Shown here piece after piece: positions 10,026 through 19,940 of a DNA stretch of 64,000 nt. Where the stretch lies: NCBI GenBank assembly GCA_029062885.1, contig JAIDPH010000125.1, forward strand, positions 1,661-65,660, in the 5' to 3' direction. Made by a program: the position numbers and the translations under genes. This stretch comes from Lachnospiraceae bacterium (lineage in GTDB: Bacteria; Bacillota; Clostridia; Lachnospirales; Lachnospiraceae). Positions within the stretch are counted from its first letter, which is position 1, and each line of letters starts with the position of its first letter. The notes beneath the pieces are model-generated. The model was given only the letters and a program-made list of their open reading frames with translations, was not told the origin of the DNA and ran no database searches.

Positions 10026-11612
10026 TTGCCATGCCCACACTATGACATAATAATCGTCCAGCGAAGCGAGAACGAATCCGCTGTCGCTGCCGCAGCTTAC
10101 CAGAGTGGAGAAAAGTTGTTTTCTGAATATGATCAGAAACAGAAATACTATTCCCATAAAAGCGAGATTGTCCACAAGGAAATCATGCTGCCGCCCCATG
10201 CGCCGCCAGAGTACGCAGATCGCAATACCTTATGGAACGCCGCTGAAGCCGTTGAAAAACAATGGAACTCCCAGCTTGCCCGCCGAGTCATCCTTGCCAT
10301 TCCGAGGGAACTTTCCCCGGAACAGTATGCTGACCTTCTACGGGATTACTGCCGAGAGTTTTTTGTTTCCAAAGGTATGTGTGCCGATTTTGCCATCCAC
10401 GACAAGGGAGACGGTAATCCTCATGCCCATATCCTGCTTACTATGCGGGCGATGGATGAAAAGGGGAAGTTTCTCCCAAAGAGCCGGAAAGTGTATGACC
10501 TTAATGAGAACGGTGAAAAAATTCGGCTCCCGTCCGGACGATGGAAAAGCCACAAGGAGAACACCGTGGACTGGAACGATAAGAAGTACGCCGAAATCTG
10601 GCGGCAGGGCTGGTCTGATACCGTCAACCGTTATCTGGAAGCTGCCGGACGCACCGAGCGCCTTGACCTGCGCTCCTATGCCAGACAGGGTATTAACAAA
10701 ATCCCCACCGTTCACATGGGAGCCGCTGTCGCCTACATGGAGAAAAAAGGAATCCAGACCAACATTGGAAACCTGAACCGGGATATCAAGGAAACTAACC
10801 GTATCATGCAGTCCATCCGGCTGATGGTGCGCCATCTGAAAAGCTGGATTGCCGACCTGCGGGAGAAAAAGGCGGCAGTCATGGAAGCACTGGAGCAGGT
10901 GAAGGAGCCGACACTGCAGGAACTGCTATACCGCTATCTGGCACTCCGGCAGGAAGAACGCACCGGCTGGGCAGCAAAAGGTCAGTTAAAAGGAAGCGTT
11001 TCTGATTTCAACAGGGTTGAAGCCGCACTGGATTTTTTACAGGCAAGGGAGATTACCACCGTGGAAAGCCTTGACCGACAGCTTGATAAAATCAGTGAGG
11101 AAACTGTTTCCATACGAAGCAGCATGAAGAAAGCAGAGAAGCGGATAAAAGCTATCGACACTATGCTTTCCTACATTGATAAATATGAGAAGTACAAGCC
11201 AATCCATGCGGAATATGCCACCATCGGCTGGAAGAAGAAAAAAGAAAAATTTGCAGAGAGCCACCGGGAGGAATTGGACGCTTATAATGCCGCCGTGCGT
11301 TATTTTAAAGCAAATTTAAAAGATAACATCTATAATCGAAAAGAATTAGAAGGCGAGCGGAAACAGCTTGCCGCTGCCTTGCCCGGACAAAGGAAGGAGC
11401 TGGAAGTGGTTCAGGTTGATGTAAAGATGCTCCGGGATGTGCGCCACTGGCTCAATCAGGTGCTGCCATCGGAACAGTACCGTCAGACCGCCGAACCGGG
11501 AAAGAAACCGTCCGTACAGGAAAGCCTGAAAGGGCGGCAGGAACGCATCCGGCAGGAGCAGGCAGCCCATATTACAGACTGTGGAAAGGAAGTGAGGGAT
11601 TTTGAAAGATGA
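10026..11612 (+). CDS. mobA: MobA/MobL (MOBQ) relaxase
   Basis: SAVAAAAYQSGE; LARRVILAIPREL; DFAIHDKGDGNPHAHILLTMR (HUH); PTVHMG; TTG start after AAGGAGG. Confidence 0.9.
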   Translation: MPCPHYDIIIVQRSENESAVAAAAYQSGEKLFSEYDQKQKYYSHKSEIVHKEIMLPPHAPPEYADRNTLWNAAEAVEKQWNSQLARRVILAIPRELSPEQYADLLRDYCREFFVSKGMCADFAIHDKGDGNPHAHILLTMRAMDEKGKFLPKSRKVYDLNENGEKIRLPSGRWKSHKENTVDWNDKKYAEIWRQGWSDTVNRYLEAAGRTERLDLRSYARQGINKIPTVHMGAAVAYMEKKGIQTNIGNLNRDIKETNRIMQSIRLMVRHLKSWIADLREKKAAVMEALEQVKEPTLQELLYRYLALRQEERTGWAAKGQLKGSVSDFNRVEAALDFLQAREITTVESLDRQLDKISEETVSIRSSMKKAEKRIKAIDTMLSYIDKYEKYKPIHAEYATIGWKKKKEKFAESHREELDAYNAAVRYFKANLKDNIYNRKELEGERKQLAAALPGQRKELEVVQVDVKMLRDVRHWLNQVLPSEQYRQTAEPGKKPSVQESLKGRQERIRQEQAAHITDCGKEVRDFER

Positions 11613-11820
11613 AGGGAAGAGCTATTCAGACATTCCGGTCTGGCGTAGATATACGCTGACCATTGAAGAAGCAGCCGTATATTATCATATCGGCGAGGGG
11701 AAGCTTCGAATGCTCGTTGACACACATCCTAATGAAGATTTCTATGTGATGAATGGAAACAGAGCTTTGATCAAGCGTGAGAAATTTGAACGGTATCTGG
11801 ATCAGGCAACTGCTGTATAA
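11602..11820 (+). CDS. xis: Excisionase (Tn916 Xis-like HTH)
   Basis: IPVWRRYTLTIEEAAVYYHIGEGKLR...LIKREKFERYL; directly upstream of the integrase. Confidence 0.85.
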   Translation: MKDEGKSYSDIPVWRRYTLTIEEAAVYYHIGEGKLRMLVDTHPNEDFYVMNGNRALIKREKFERYLDQATAV

Positions 11821-11941
11821 ATTTTCTAAAAATGAAAACGGCAGATTGACTAAATACTATGATAAAGCTATACGGAGAGTCAGATTTGTGATATGATAAT
11901 TATGCAAGTCTGACTCTCCTTTTTTTGAAAGGAGAGATTCG

Positions 11942-13141
11942 ATGAGTGAGAAAAGAAGAGATAACCGTAATCGTATTTTGCGTGAGGGCGAGTATCAGCG
12001 CTCAGATGGGAGGTATCGGTTCCGTTATATTGACGAGGACGGAAAAGAGAAAAATGTTTACAGTTGGCGTTTGGACAGGAATGATCCCATGCCGAAAGGT
12101 AGGAAACGGGAGCTTTCATTGAGAGAGAAAGAAAAGCAGATCGAAGTGGATCTATTTGACCACATCGTTACCAATGGCGGAAATTATACGGTGCTGGAGT
12201 TGGTGGAAAAGTATGTGTCTCTGAAAACAGGAGTCCGTCACAACACGGTTGCTGGATATAAGACGGTCATTAACGTCTTGAAAAAGGAAACATTTGGCAG
12301 GCAGCGTATTGACAAGGTACGTTTGTCAGATGCAAAGGCATGGCTCATTAAGCTTCAGCAGGTAGATGGCAGAGGATATAGTTCCATTCATTCTATCCGT
12401 GGTGTTCTCAGGCCGGCGTTTCAGATGGCGGTAGATGATGACCTGATCCGCAAAAATCCATTTGGATTTGAACTGGCTTCGGTTATTGTCAATGATTCTG
12501 TTACCAGAGAGGCGATCACCCGGAAACAGGAGCGTGATCTGCTCAAGTTTATCAGAGAAGATAATCATTTTAGCAGATATTATGACGCAATCTACATTCT
12601 CTTTCATACGGGGCTTCGCATTTCGGAGTTTTGCGGACTGACAATACCTGATATTGAGTTTGAGGAAATGCGTATCAAGGTAGATCATCAGTTACAGCGC
12701 ACATCACAGATGGAATATGTGATCCAGGAGCCGAAAACAGAAAGCGGAGTCCGCTATGTTCCTATGACAGAAGAAGTGGCAATGTGTTTCCACAGAATCA
12801 TTGCTAATCGGGAAGCGCCGAAAGTTGAGCCTATGGTAGATGGCTATATCCGTTTCTTGTGTCTGGATAAGAATGATATGCCGATGGTTGCCCTTCACTG
12901 GGAAAAGTATCTGGAGCATATCATTGAAAAGTACAATAAGATTTACCGCGTCCAGATGCCGAAAGTAACCCCTCATGTATGCAGACATACCTTTTGCTCC
13001 AATATGGCGAAGTCGGGAATGAATCCGAAGACCTTGCAGTACATCATGGGCCATGCGGATATCAGTGTAACATTGAATACCTACACCCATGTGAATTTTG
13101 ATGATGCAAAAGAGGAACTGCAGCGAGTGGCGAACTCATAA
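11942..13141 (+). CDS. int: Tn916-like tyrosine integrase
   Basis: N-terminal GEYQRSDGRY DNA-binding domain; catalytic TGLRISE, PKT, HVCRH, MGH, NTY. Confidence 0.95.
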   Translation: MSEKRRDNRNRILREGEYQRSDGRYRFRYIDEDGKEKNVYSWRLDRNDPMPKGRKRELSLREKEKQIEVDLFDHIVTNGGNYTVLELVEKYVSLKTGVRHNTVAGYKTVINVLKKETFGRQRIDKVRLSDAKAWLIKLQQVDGRGYSSIHSIRGVLRPAFQMAVDDDLIRKNPFGFELASVIVNDSVTREAITRKQERDLLKFIREDNHFSRYYDAIYILFHTGLRISEFCGLTIPDIEFEEMRIKVDHQLQRTSQMEYVIQEPKTESGVRYVPMTEEVAMCFHRIIANREAPKVEPMVDGYIRFLCLDKNDMPMVALHWEKYLEHIIEKYNKIYRVQMPKVTPHVCRHTFCSNMAKSGMNPKTLQYIMGHADISVTLNTYTHVNFDDAKEELQRVANS

Positions 13142-13149
13142 AAAGCCCG

Positions 13150-13187
13150 TTGGTAAAGCCGCTTACTTTACCAATGTATTTACCAAT
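13150..13187. repeat. Integrase arm-type-like repeats
   Basis: TTTACCAAT twice (13167-13175, 13179-13187) plus inverted TTGGTAAA (13150-13157), just after int. Confidence 0.6.
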
Positions 13188-13325
13188 TTTGCGGGGACAA
13201 ATATGAGAAAGTATGAAACGATTTGAGAAAATACTTTAGAGACATAGAATTTCGGAATAGTCCGAAACCCCAGCAAAATCAAGCATTTGAGAAGAAATAC
13301 AGGACATTTAAGGAGTTATAGGAAA

Positions 13326-13356
13326 ATGATTAAAATACTTTTTATTTGCCATGGCA
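13326..13356 (+). pseudogene. 5' fragment of a low-molecular-weight protein tyrosine phosphatase gene; putative att core
   Basis: AGGAG upstream; ATG ATT AAA ATA CTT TTT ATT TGC CAT GGC = MIKILFICHG, diverging exactly before the expected NICRS. Confidence 0.75.
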
Positions 13357-13658
13357 GGACGAACGACTACTGTTCTGTGTTTAAATCATCGGGGCAAAAT
13401 GGGGCCAATAAAGGCTTTTGCTGTGCCTAGGCACTACGGTTGGACTACGACTGACGGAAGTAAAAGTAGTAAATGTAGTAATCAAAAACAGTCGAGTAGT
13501 TTCATTTGAATACCCTTTAACGATAGCAATTGAGCAAAAGGTATTTTCGTTAAAATTCATATCTATCAAAATGCAGAATCCCCCTTGAAAAAAATATGAT
13601 TTAGAGTGATGTATAGCATGAACTATTAATTAGTGGTTCAGAAAAGGAGTGAGTGCTA

Positions 13659-13880
13659 ATGCATCAAGAAACAATTAGGGAAATTGACATACCTATCAGT
13701 CAGAAATATATGCTATCGATTAGAGAAGCAAGTGCTTATTTCAATATTGGTGTTAAGAAGATGCGAAGAATGGCAGAGGATAATGAAGGACAATTTAGTT
13801 TATTCATGGGGAATCGATATCTTATCTGTAGACCGAAGTTTGAGGAGCACCTACAAAATTTAATGAAGAACCCGGAATAA
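13659..13880 (+). CDS. xis: Second excisionase (Tn916 Xis-like)
   Basis: IPISQKYMLSIREASAYFNIGVKKMRR...YLICRPKFEEHL. Confidence 0.8.
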   Translation: MHQETIREIDIPISQKYMLSIREASAYFNIGVKKMRRMAEDNEGQFSLFMGNRYLICRPKFEEHLQNLMKNPE

Positions 13881-13920
13881 GGAAGAAATAAATACATTTT
13901 GTTGAATTTCAAAACTAGAG

Positions 13921-13950
13921 ATGCACACTCGAAAGGGTGTGCATTTATTA
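13921..13950 (+). terminator. Probable terminator after the second xis
   Basis: atgcacactc-gaaa-gggtgtgcat followed by a T-rich tail. Confidence 0.6.
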
Positions 13951-14310
13951 TGAAGAAACAACGATTTCAAGCCGTTTTTGAGAGGATGCATTGTTATAAG
14001 GTTGGGGATGCATAATTGAATTGTATCAATTTCACTGTACCAATGAACCTCGAAACAAAAAGATGATACAAGGGGAGAATAAACATACCTTAATATAGGG
14101 CTCTTGCGGTTAGCAGCGTGGAATTATCACTGTTTGGATCATCAAATCGCAACACAGGGCAGTTCTAAAAAGGATTATTTGAATCCTCTTTAACGATAAG
14201 AAGGCAAATCGTTAATAGTTTACTAATCGCAAAAAGCGTAGTGTGGGCATCGGGATTTTTCTTAATATGATTTTACTATATCTCATCAAGCATGTGGAAT
14301 TGTGTTGAAC

Positions 14311-14372
14311 ATTTTGGTATTTAAATACCAAAATAAAAAATGCTTGACATACACATTTCGACCTGATATATT
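14311..14372 (+). promoter_or_regulatory. Promoter of the R-M operon with an upstream perfect 24-bp palindrome
   Basis: attttggtatttaaataccaaaat (14311-14334); TTGACA (14344-14349), 17 bp, TG-n-TATATT (14367-14372). Confidence 0.75.
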
Positions 14373-14423
14373 ATCCTTAGATAGTTTCGTGAAAATGTTA
14401 TAAGTATCAGGAGGAAGGAATGA

Positions 14424-16034
14424 ATGAATTTCGGAGAGCGCAAAGAGAAAGTGTGGAGAGCATTTAATGCGTTTCGGGGTTATACACCGGTTGACCGATA
14501 CACAGAAGCCGCGTTTCTTATAAATAAAACAAAACGTATTTTGCGGGAGAAAGGGGTAAAACCGAGTCAGGAAGAGTGCTACGAGACGATGCTGACTGTC
14601 GCGGATAAATATGAAATCATTAACCCGTTTGAGAATGCGTTCGATTTCTATAAAGTTTTTCAGGCGACAGATGAAGAACTGGATTGGGAGATGGTCTTGT
14701 TAGCAGAAGATGATCATACCATGAGCAGCCGATTTTATATTCCAGAGGTGCTGCTCCGCTGCTTCGATGATCATATTTCAAATGATGTTAAGACGATCCT
14801 AATCCCGGAGGCTGAGAAATTTGCATTGACCATAACAGAGACGGTTGATGCACACCCAGATAAATCTTTTACTCTAACGACGATAAACAGCGTGGCAAAA
14901 GCAGTCTTGGATGAGATATTTGCTGGATACGAGAATGTATGTATCCTGCAGACCAGCATTTATATGTATGAGTTTTCGGCGCTTAAGTTTGATTTTATCA
15001 TGTCGGTTCCGGTGTTTGGGGTGCGTGATAAGGCCGAGGAGAGCCCGTTCATTTGTCGAGAGTATGATTTGATTGCTGTTGAGAATCTACTTCTCCACCT
15101 GAACAGTGGTGGAGAACTTATGATTGTGATACCGGCGCGGATAACATTTGCAGCTGGTGATGTGAAAGAGCTTCGTGAATTTATCCAAAGCATGTATTGC
15201 TTAAAAGAGATCGCCGAATTGCCAGGTGGTATATTCCTCCCGACCAGTGTCAAGACCATGTTATTTACGCTCACGACTGGCCGTACAGAGGATGTGGCGA
15301 TAAAACGGTTGGTGGCTGACACAAAAAATCCGCGTAGAGACGGAATTAGTCAGCTTATCATACATGACGAGACTTTTGTAATGCTTGAAGAACTGCAGGA
15401 TATGGGTGACTGGAATGTTGATAAGGTATTCGCATTGCAGGATGAGGACTATCAACGATTTCAGAATTCCGACGTCCGAAAAAAGACTCTTGGAGAGGTT
15501 GCGGATATATTTCGCGGAAAAAATGTCGCAAAGAAAGATCCAACTGGTAATATTGGATTTGTGAACATCTCGAATTTGGGTGTATACTCCATCGTTACAG
15601 AAGGAATGGATCATATTAATGAGGAGTCGCGTAAAGTAGCGAATTATCTTTTAGAAGAAGGAGACGTCCTTATTCCAGCGCGTGGGACAGCTATTCGGAT
15701 TGCAGTTTTTGAAGAGCAAAGCTATCCGTGTATTGCATCATCCAATATAGTGACAATCCGGCCACATAAAGAAGTATTATTAAGTTCCTATTTAAAGCTG
15801 TTTCTGGATAGTCCTATGGGTCGAACACTGCTCTCGGCAATGCAGCAAGGAACAACAGTAATGAATATAAGTTACAACGATTTGAAAGCTATGGAAGTTC
15901 CAATACCACCATTAAAAGAGCAGCAGAAGATTGCGGATGAGTATGAAAAGGAATTGAAAAGATATCATAAGTCAATCCAAGACGCGGAAGAACGTTGGCA
16001 GAGAGTCGTTGAACGTTTACAAAGAGAATTTTAA
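14424..16034 (+). CDS. Degenerate N6-MTase-like domain fused to a single HsdS-type target recognition domain
   Basis: FDFIMSVPVFG in place of NPP(F/Y); LNSGGELMIVIP; IAELPGGIF; C-terminal TLGEVADIFRG...GDVLI...IPIPPLKEQQKIA. Confidence 0.75.
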   Translation: MNFGERKEKVWRAFNAFRGYTPVDRYTEAAFLINKTKRILREKGVKPSQEECYETMLTVADKYEIINPFENAFDFYKVFQATDEELDWEMVLLAEDDHTMSSRFYIPEVLLRCFDDHISNDVKTILIPEAEKFALTITETVDAHPDKSFTLTTINSVAKAVLDEIFAGYENVCILQTSIYMYEFSALKFDFIMSVPVFGVRDKAEESPFICREYDLIAVENLLLHLNSGGELMIVIPARITFAAGDVKELREFIQSMYCLKEIAELPGGIFLPTSVKTMLFTLTTGRTEDVAIKRLVADTKNPRRDGISQLIIHDETFVMLEELQDMGDWNVDKVFALQDEDYQRFQNSDVRKKTLGEVADIFRGKNVAKKDPTGNIGFVNISNLGVYSIVTEGMDHINEESRKVANYLLEEGDVLIPARGTAIRIAVFEEQSYPCIASSNIVTIRPHKEVLLSSYLKLFLDSPMGRTLLSAMQQGTTVMNISYNDLKAMEVPIPPLKEQQKIADEYEKELKRYHKSIQDAEERWQRVVERLQREF

Positions 16035-16045
16035 AGGAGAGTACC

Positions 16046-18457
16046 ATGTTAGGAGCAATAATTGGGGATATAGTAGGATCTCGATTTGAATGGAATAATT
16101 ATAGAGCAAAGGATTTTGAGTTTTTCACATATAAATGCTTCCCTACAGATGATAGTATTATGTCTCTTGGAGTTGCAAAAGCAATCCTTGAGAGTAAAGC
16201 CGATCACAGCGATCTAAGTAATAACGCAATAAAGTATATGCGTGAAGTTGGGCAGCTCTACCCGGATTGCGGATATGGTGGTGGATTCCGAAAATGGATG
16301 TATTCTGATAATCCACAGCCTTATAATAGCTACGGAAACGGTGCGGCAATGCGTGTGAGTGCTTGCGGATTTGTGGCAAAGGATATAGAGCACGCGAAGA
16401 TCCTGTCGAATATGGTTACGCGTGTGACGCATAACCATCCGGAGGGATTGAAGGGGGCTGAGGCGACTGCAGTCGCGATCTGGTTGGCCAGAGATGGCAA
16501 GAATATTCTCGAGATTCGGGATTATATCGACAAGCACTACTATCCGATGGATTTCACGTTGGACGGGATCCGTGCAACTTATCAGTTTAATGAAACCTGC
16601 CAGGATACGGTGCCGCAGGCGCTGATGGCATTTTTTGAATCGAATAGCTTTGAGGATGCGATCCGAAACGCGATCTCGATCGGCGGCGATAGCGATACCC
16701 TGGCCGCCATCACAGGTGGTGTGGCCGAGGCATACTATGGTATTCCTGCCGATATCAGGAAGCACGCATTGACATTCCTGGATGAGAGACTGCTTGGCAT
16801 ATTGGTGGACTTTGAAAACAAGTATCCTTCTAAGATTGAAAAGGTCAAAGATGATGTAAGTGTAAGCGTTAAAGCTCCTACAAAGGTTAAGAATGGCGAT
16901 AGGGGTACGATGATGGAATCGGCAGTAAAAGCAGTAAATAAGGATTTAAAAGATAGTGAATCTGAGAGTGAAGAAACCACCAGCGAGATGCTGTTTCGTC
17001 ATCTGTTTGGTTGCTGTGATATCTTAAGGGGGCCGATTAACCAGGATGAATATAAAAGCTATGTGACACCGATATTATTTTTCAAGCGTGTATCTGATGT
17101 TTATGATGAAGAGACTCAGGATGCACTGGAAGCGTCTGGTGGAGATGAAGAATTTGCTTCATTCCCTGAAAATCACAGATTTGAAATACCAGAGGGATGC
17201 CACTGGAACGATGTCCGTGAGGCTAACAAAAATATAGGTACTGCAATAGTAAAGGCCATGACGGGAATTGAACGCGCCAATCCGGATACCTTAAATGGTG
17301 TGTTCTCCAGCTTTGATGATGCAAACTGGACCGATAAGGGAAAGTTATCGGACGAGCGCCTCAAAGATCTGGTAGAGCACATGTCCAAGATAAAAGTTGG
17401 AAACAAGAATTATTCCGACGACATTATGGGCGACAGCTATGAATACCTGATCAAGAAGTTTGCTGATTTGTCAAAGAAAAATGCTGGTGAATTTTATACG
17501 CCAAGAGCAATAGTTCAACTTTTAGTAAGGATTCTGAATCCACAGCCGGGAGAAACAGTTTATGATCCGGCTTGTGGAACCGGAGGAATGCTGATAGAAG
17601 CCATTCATAGAATGAATTATGATGTGAGCACTTATGGCAAAATATATGGTCAAGAGAAGAATTTGGCTACTTCTGCGATAGCTCGTATGAATTTATTTTT
17701 GCATGGGGCCAGAGACTTCAATATTATTCAAGGTGATACACTAAAAGCACCTTACTTCCTGTACAGGGGTATGTTGAAAACTTTTGATTGTGTTATTGCA
17801 AATCCGCCATTTTCTCTTAAAAATTGGGGGGCTGGGGTTTTTGAGTCAGATTTATATGGCCGTAACATATGGGGAAGCCCTACAGACTCGAGCGCGGATT
17901 TTGCGTGGCTACAGCATATGGTCATGTCGATGGATAAGGACAAAGGACGATGTGCTGTCATACTTCCGCAGGGAGTATTGTTCCATTCAGGAAAAGATGG
18001 TGAAATGCGTAAGAAACTTGTCGAGTCGGACAAGCTGGAAGCAGTTATTACATTTGTAAGTGGTGTCTTTTACAGTACGAGCGTCTCGGCTTGTGCGCTT
18101 ATATTAAACAATGCTAAGAAACCAGAACGTGTAGGTCAGGTTTGCCTGATAGATGGATCAGAGATATATACGCCACAGCGCGCGCAAAATATTTTGACCG
18201 ATGCTAATGTTGATGAAATATATGACCTGTATAAGAACTATGACGATGTGTTGGAGAAGTCCAAGAAAGTATCGATAGCAGATATTAAGGCTAGGGATTA
18301 TATACTCTCAGTAAATACATATATTGAACGCAAGGAGCAAGAGGTTGTTTCTCCGGAGGAGGTGCGTAAACAGTTTATGGCTGCTGTGGAGGATGTAAAG
18401 AGATCTGAAGATAAGCTTATTCAACTATTAAAGGAGGGAGGCTATATCGATGAGTAA
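16046..18457 (+). CDS. hsdM: Fusion of ADP-ribosylglycohydrolase (ARH/DraG family) and type I methyltransferase HsdM1 (NPPF)
   Basis: N-terminal GAIIGDIVG, TDDS, GNGAAMR, TH, GGDSDT motifs; C-terminal GEFYTP, YDPACGTGGML, NPPF. Confidence 0.9.
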   Translation: MLGAIIGDIVGSRFEWNNYRAKDFEFFTYKCFPTDDSIMSLGVAKAILESKADHSDLSNNAIKYMREVGQLYPDCGYGGGFRKWMYSDNPQPYNSYGNGAAMRVSACGFVAKDIEHAKILSNMVTRVTHNHPEGLKGAEATAVAIWLARDGKNILEIRDYIDKHYYPMDFTLDGIRATYQFNETCQDTVPQALMAFFESNSFEDAIRNAISIGGDSDTLAAITGGVAEAYYGIPADIRKHALTFLDERLLGILVDFENKYPSKIEKVKDDVSVSVKAPTKVKNGDRGTMMESAVKAVNKDLKDSESESEETTSEMLFRHLFGCCDILRGPINQDEYKSYVTPILFFKRVSDVYDEETQDALEASGGDEEFASFPENHRFEIPEGCHWNDVREANKNIGTAIVKAMTGIERANPDTLNGVFSSFDDANWTDKGKLSDERLKDLVEHMSKIKVGNKNYSDDIMGDSYEYLIKKFADLSKKNAGEFYTPRAIVQLLVRILNPQPGETVYDPACGTGGMLIEAIHRMNYDVSTYGKIYGQEKNLATSAIARMNLFLHGARDFNIIQGDTLKAPYFLYRGMLKTFDCVIANPPFSLKNWGAGVFESDLYGRNIWGSPTDSSADFAWLQHMVMSMDKDKGRCAVILPQGVLFHSGKDGEMRKKLVESDKLEAVITFVSGVFYSTSVSACALILNNAKKPERVGQVCLIDGSEIYTPQRAQNILTDANVDEIYDLYKNYDDVLEKSKKVSIADIKARDYILSVNTYIERKEQEVVSPEEVRKQFMAAVEDVKRSEDKLIQLLKEGGYIDE

Positions 18458-19940
18458 GCGTATTACGATGGATGAACTTGAATCATATTTGTGGGGATCT
18501 GCTGTCCTCCTACGAACGCATATTGACGCCGGAGCATATAAGCAGTATATATTTCCACTTTTATTCTTTAAGCGAATATGTGACGTGTATGATGAAGAAT
18601 GCGAGCAGATATTAAAAGATAATAATGGTGATGAGGAAGCACTTGAATGGGAAGAAAATCACACGTTTGTGGTGCCAAAGGGAAGTCACTGGAGGGATGT
18701 TCGAAACACGTCTGAAAATGTCGGTAAGGCTATAGTGACTGCGTTACGTGCAATTGAAAAAGCAAACGTGGACAAGCTGCAGGGAGTTTTTGGTGATGCT
18801 TCTTGGACTAATAAAAATCGTTTACCGGATGAATTGTTAAAAAACCTAATAGAGCATTTCAGTACGAAGACTCTTACTATAGCAAATTGTCCGGAAGATG
18901 AGCTTGGGCAAGGATATGAATACCTTATAAAGAAATTTGCTGATGATAGTGGACATACAGCTCAAGAATTCTATACAAATCGTACTGTTGTGCATCTCAT
19001 GACAGAGATATTAAAGCCACAGTCAGGTGAGTCAATTTATGATCCTACCTGTGGCAGTGCCGGAATGTTGATTTCCTGTATTGCGGCGATAAAGGACAGA
19101 AATGAAGAATGGCGTAATGTTAAGGTTTATGGTCAAGAAATTAATCAGCTTACATCGGCTATCGGACGCATGAATCTGTTCCTTCATGGAGTGAAGGACT
19201 TTAAGATAGCAAATGATGATGTCTTAAAAACACCGGCCTTTATTGATAACGGAAAGTTACAGCAGTTTGACCTTGTACTGGCAAATCCTCCGTATTCTAT
19301 TAAGCAATGGGATCGAGCTGCATTTGAAGCGGATAAATATGGACGTAATTTTTTGGGGACACCACCTCAAAGCAGGGCAGATTTTGCTTTCTTTCAACAC
19401 ATATTAAAGAGTCTTGATGAAGAAACAGGAAGATGTGCCATACTCTTTCCACATGGTATTTTATTCCGCGGTGAAGAACAAGAAATGCGCGAAAAATTGA
19501 TAGAATCTGATCTTATCGAATGTGTCATTGGTATTGGTAAGAATTTATTCTTCAATTCTCCAATGGAGGCTTGCATCGTAATTTGCCGGACTCGAAAACC
19601 AAGTAATAGGATAGGAAGGATTTTATTCATCGATGCGCGTGACGAGGTAACGAGAAAAAATGCACAAAGCTTTCTTGAAGATCAGCACATTGAAAAGATA
19701 ACAAAAACATATGATGATTATGCGGAAATTGATGGTTTTTCAAAGATAGAAAACCTTGGTGATATTAAAAAGAATGACTCTCGTTTAAGTATTGCATTAT
19801 ATGTCAGGGGTAATAATGAATCTAATGCAACAGACCTTGAGGCTGCGGTTAGTGAATGGATAACAAGCAAAAATACATATCACAGTGATATGAACAATTT
19901 GATTTCTATGCTTGAGGAGGTGCCGGCTGATGCATTATAA
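18450..19940 (+). CDS. hsdM: Type I methyltransferase HsdM2 (NPPY)
   Basis: QEFYT, YDPTCGSAGML, ANPPY, LFPHGILFRG. Confidence 0.92.
   Translation: MSKRITMDELESYLWGSAVLLRTHIDAGAYKQYIFPLLFFKRICDVYDEECEQILKDNNGDEEALEWEENHTFVVPKGSHWRDVRNTSENVGKAIVTALRAIEKANVDKLQGVFGDASWTNKNRLPDELLKNLIEHFSTKTLTIANCPEDELGQGYEYLIKKFADDSGHTAQEFYTNRTVVHLMTEILKPQSGESIYDPTCGSAGMLISCIAAIKDRNEEWRNVKVYGQEINQLTSAIGRMNLFLHGVKDFKIANDDVLKTPAFIDNGKLQQFDLVLANPPYSIKQWDRAAFEADKYGRNFLGTPPQSRADFAFFQHILKSLDEETGRCAILFPHGILFRGEEQEMREKLIESDLIECVIGIGKNLFFNSPMEACIVICRTRKPSNRIGRILFIDARDEVTRKNAQSFLEDQHIEKITKTYDDYAEIDGFSKIENLGDIKKNDSRLSIALYVRGNNESNATDLEAAVSEWITSKNTYHSDMNNLISMLEEVPADAL

Larger units (their letters stand above)
4677..13356 (+). 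mobile_element. Integrative mobilizable element (left boundary uncertain)
   Basis: XRE-rep-DUF3847-oriT-mobA-xis-int module without conjugation genes; ends at the putative att core. Confidence 0.75.
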
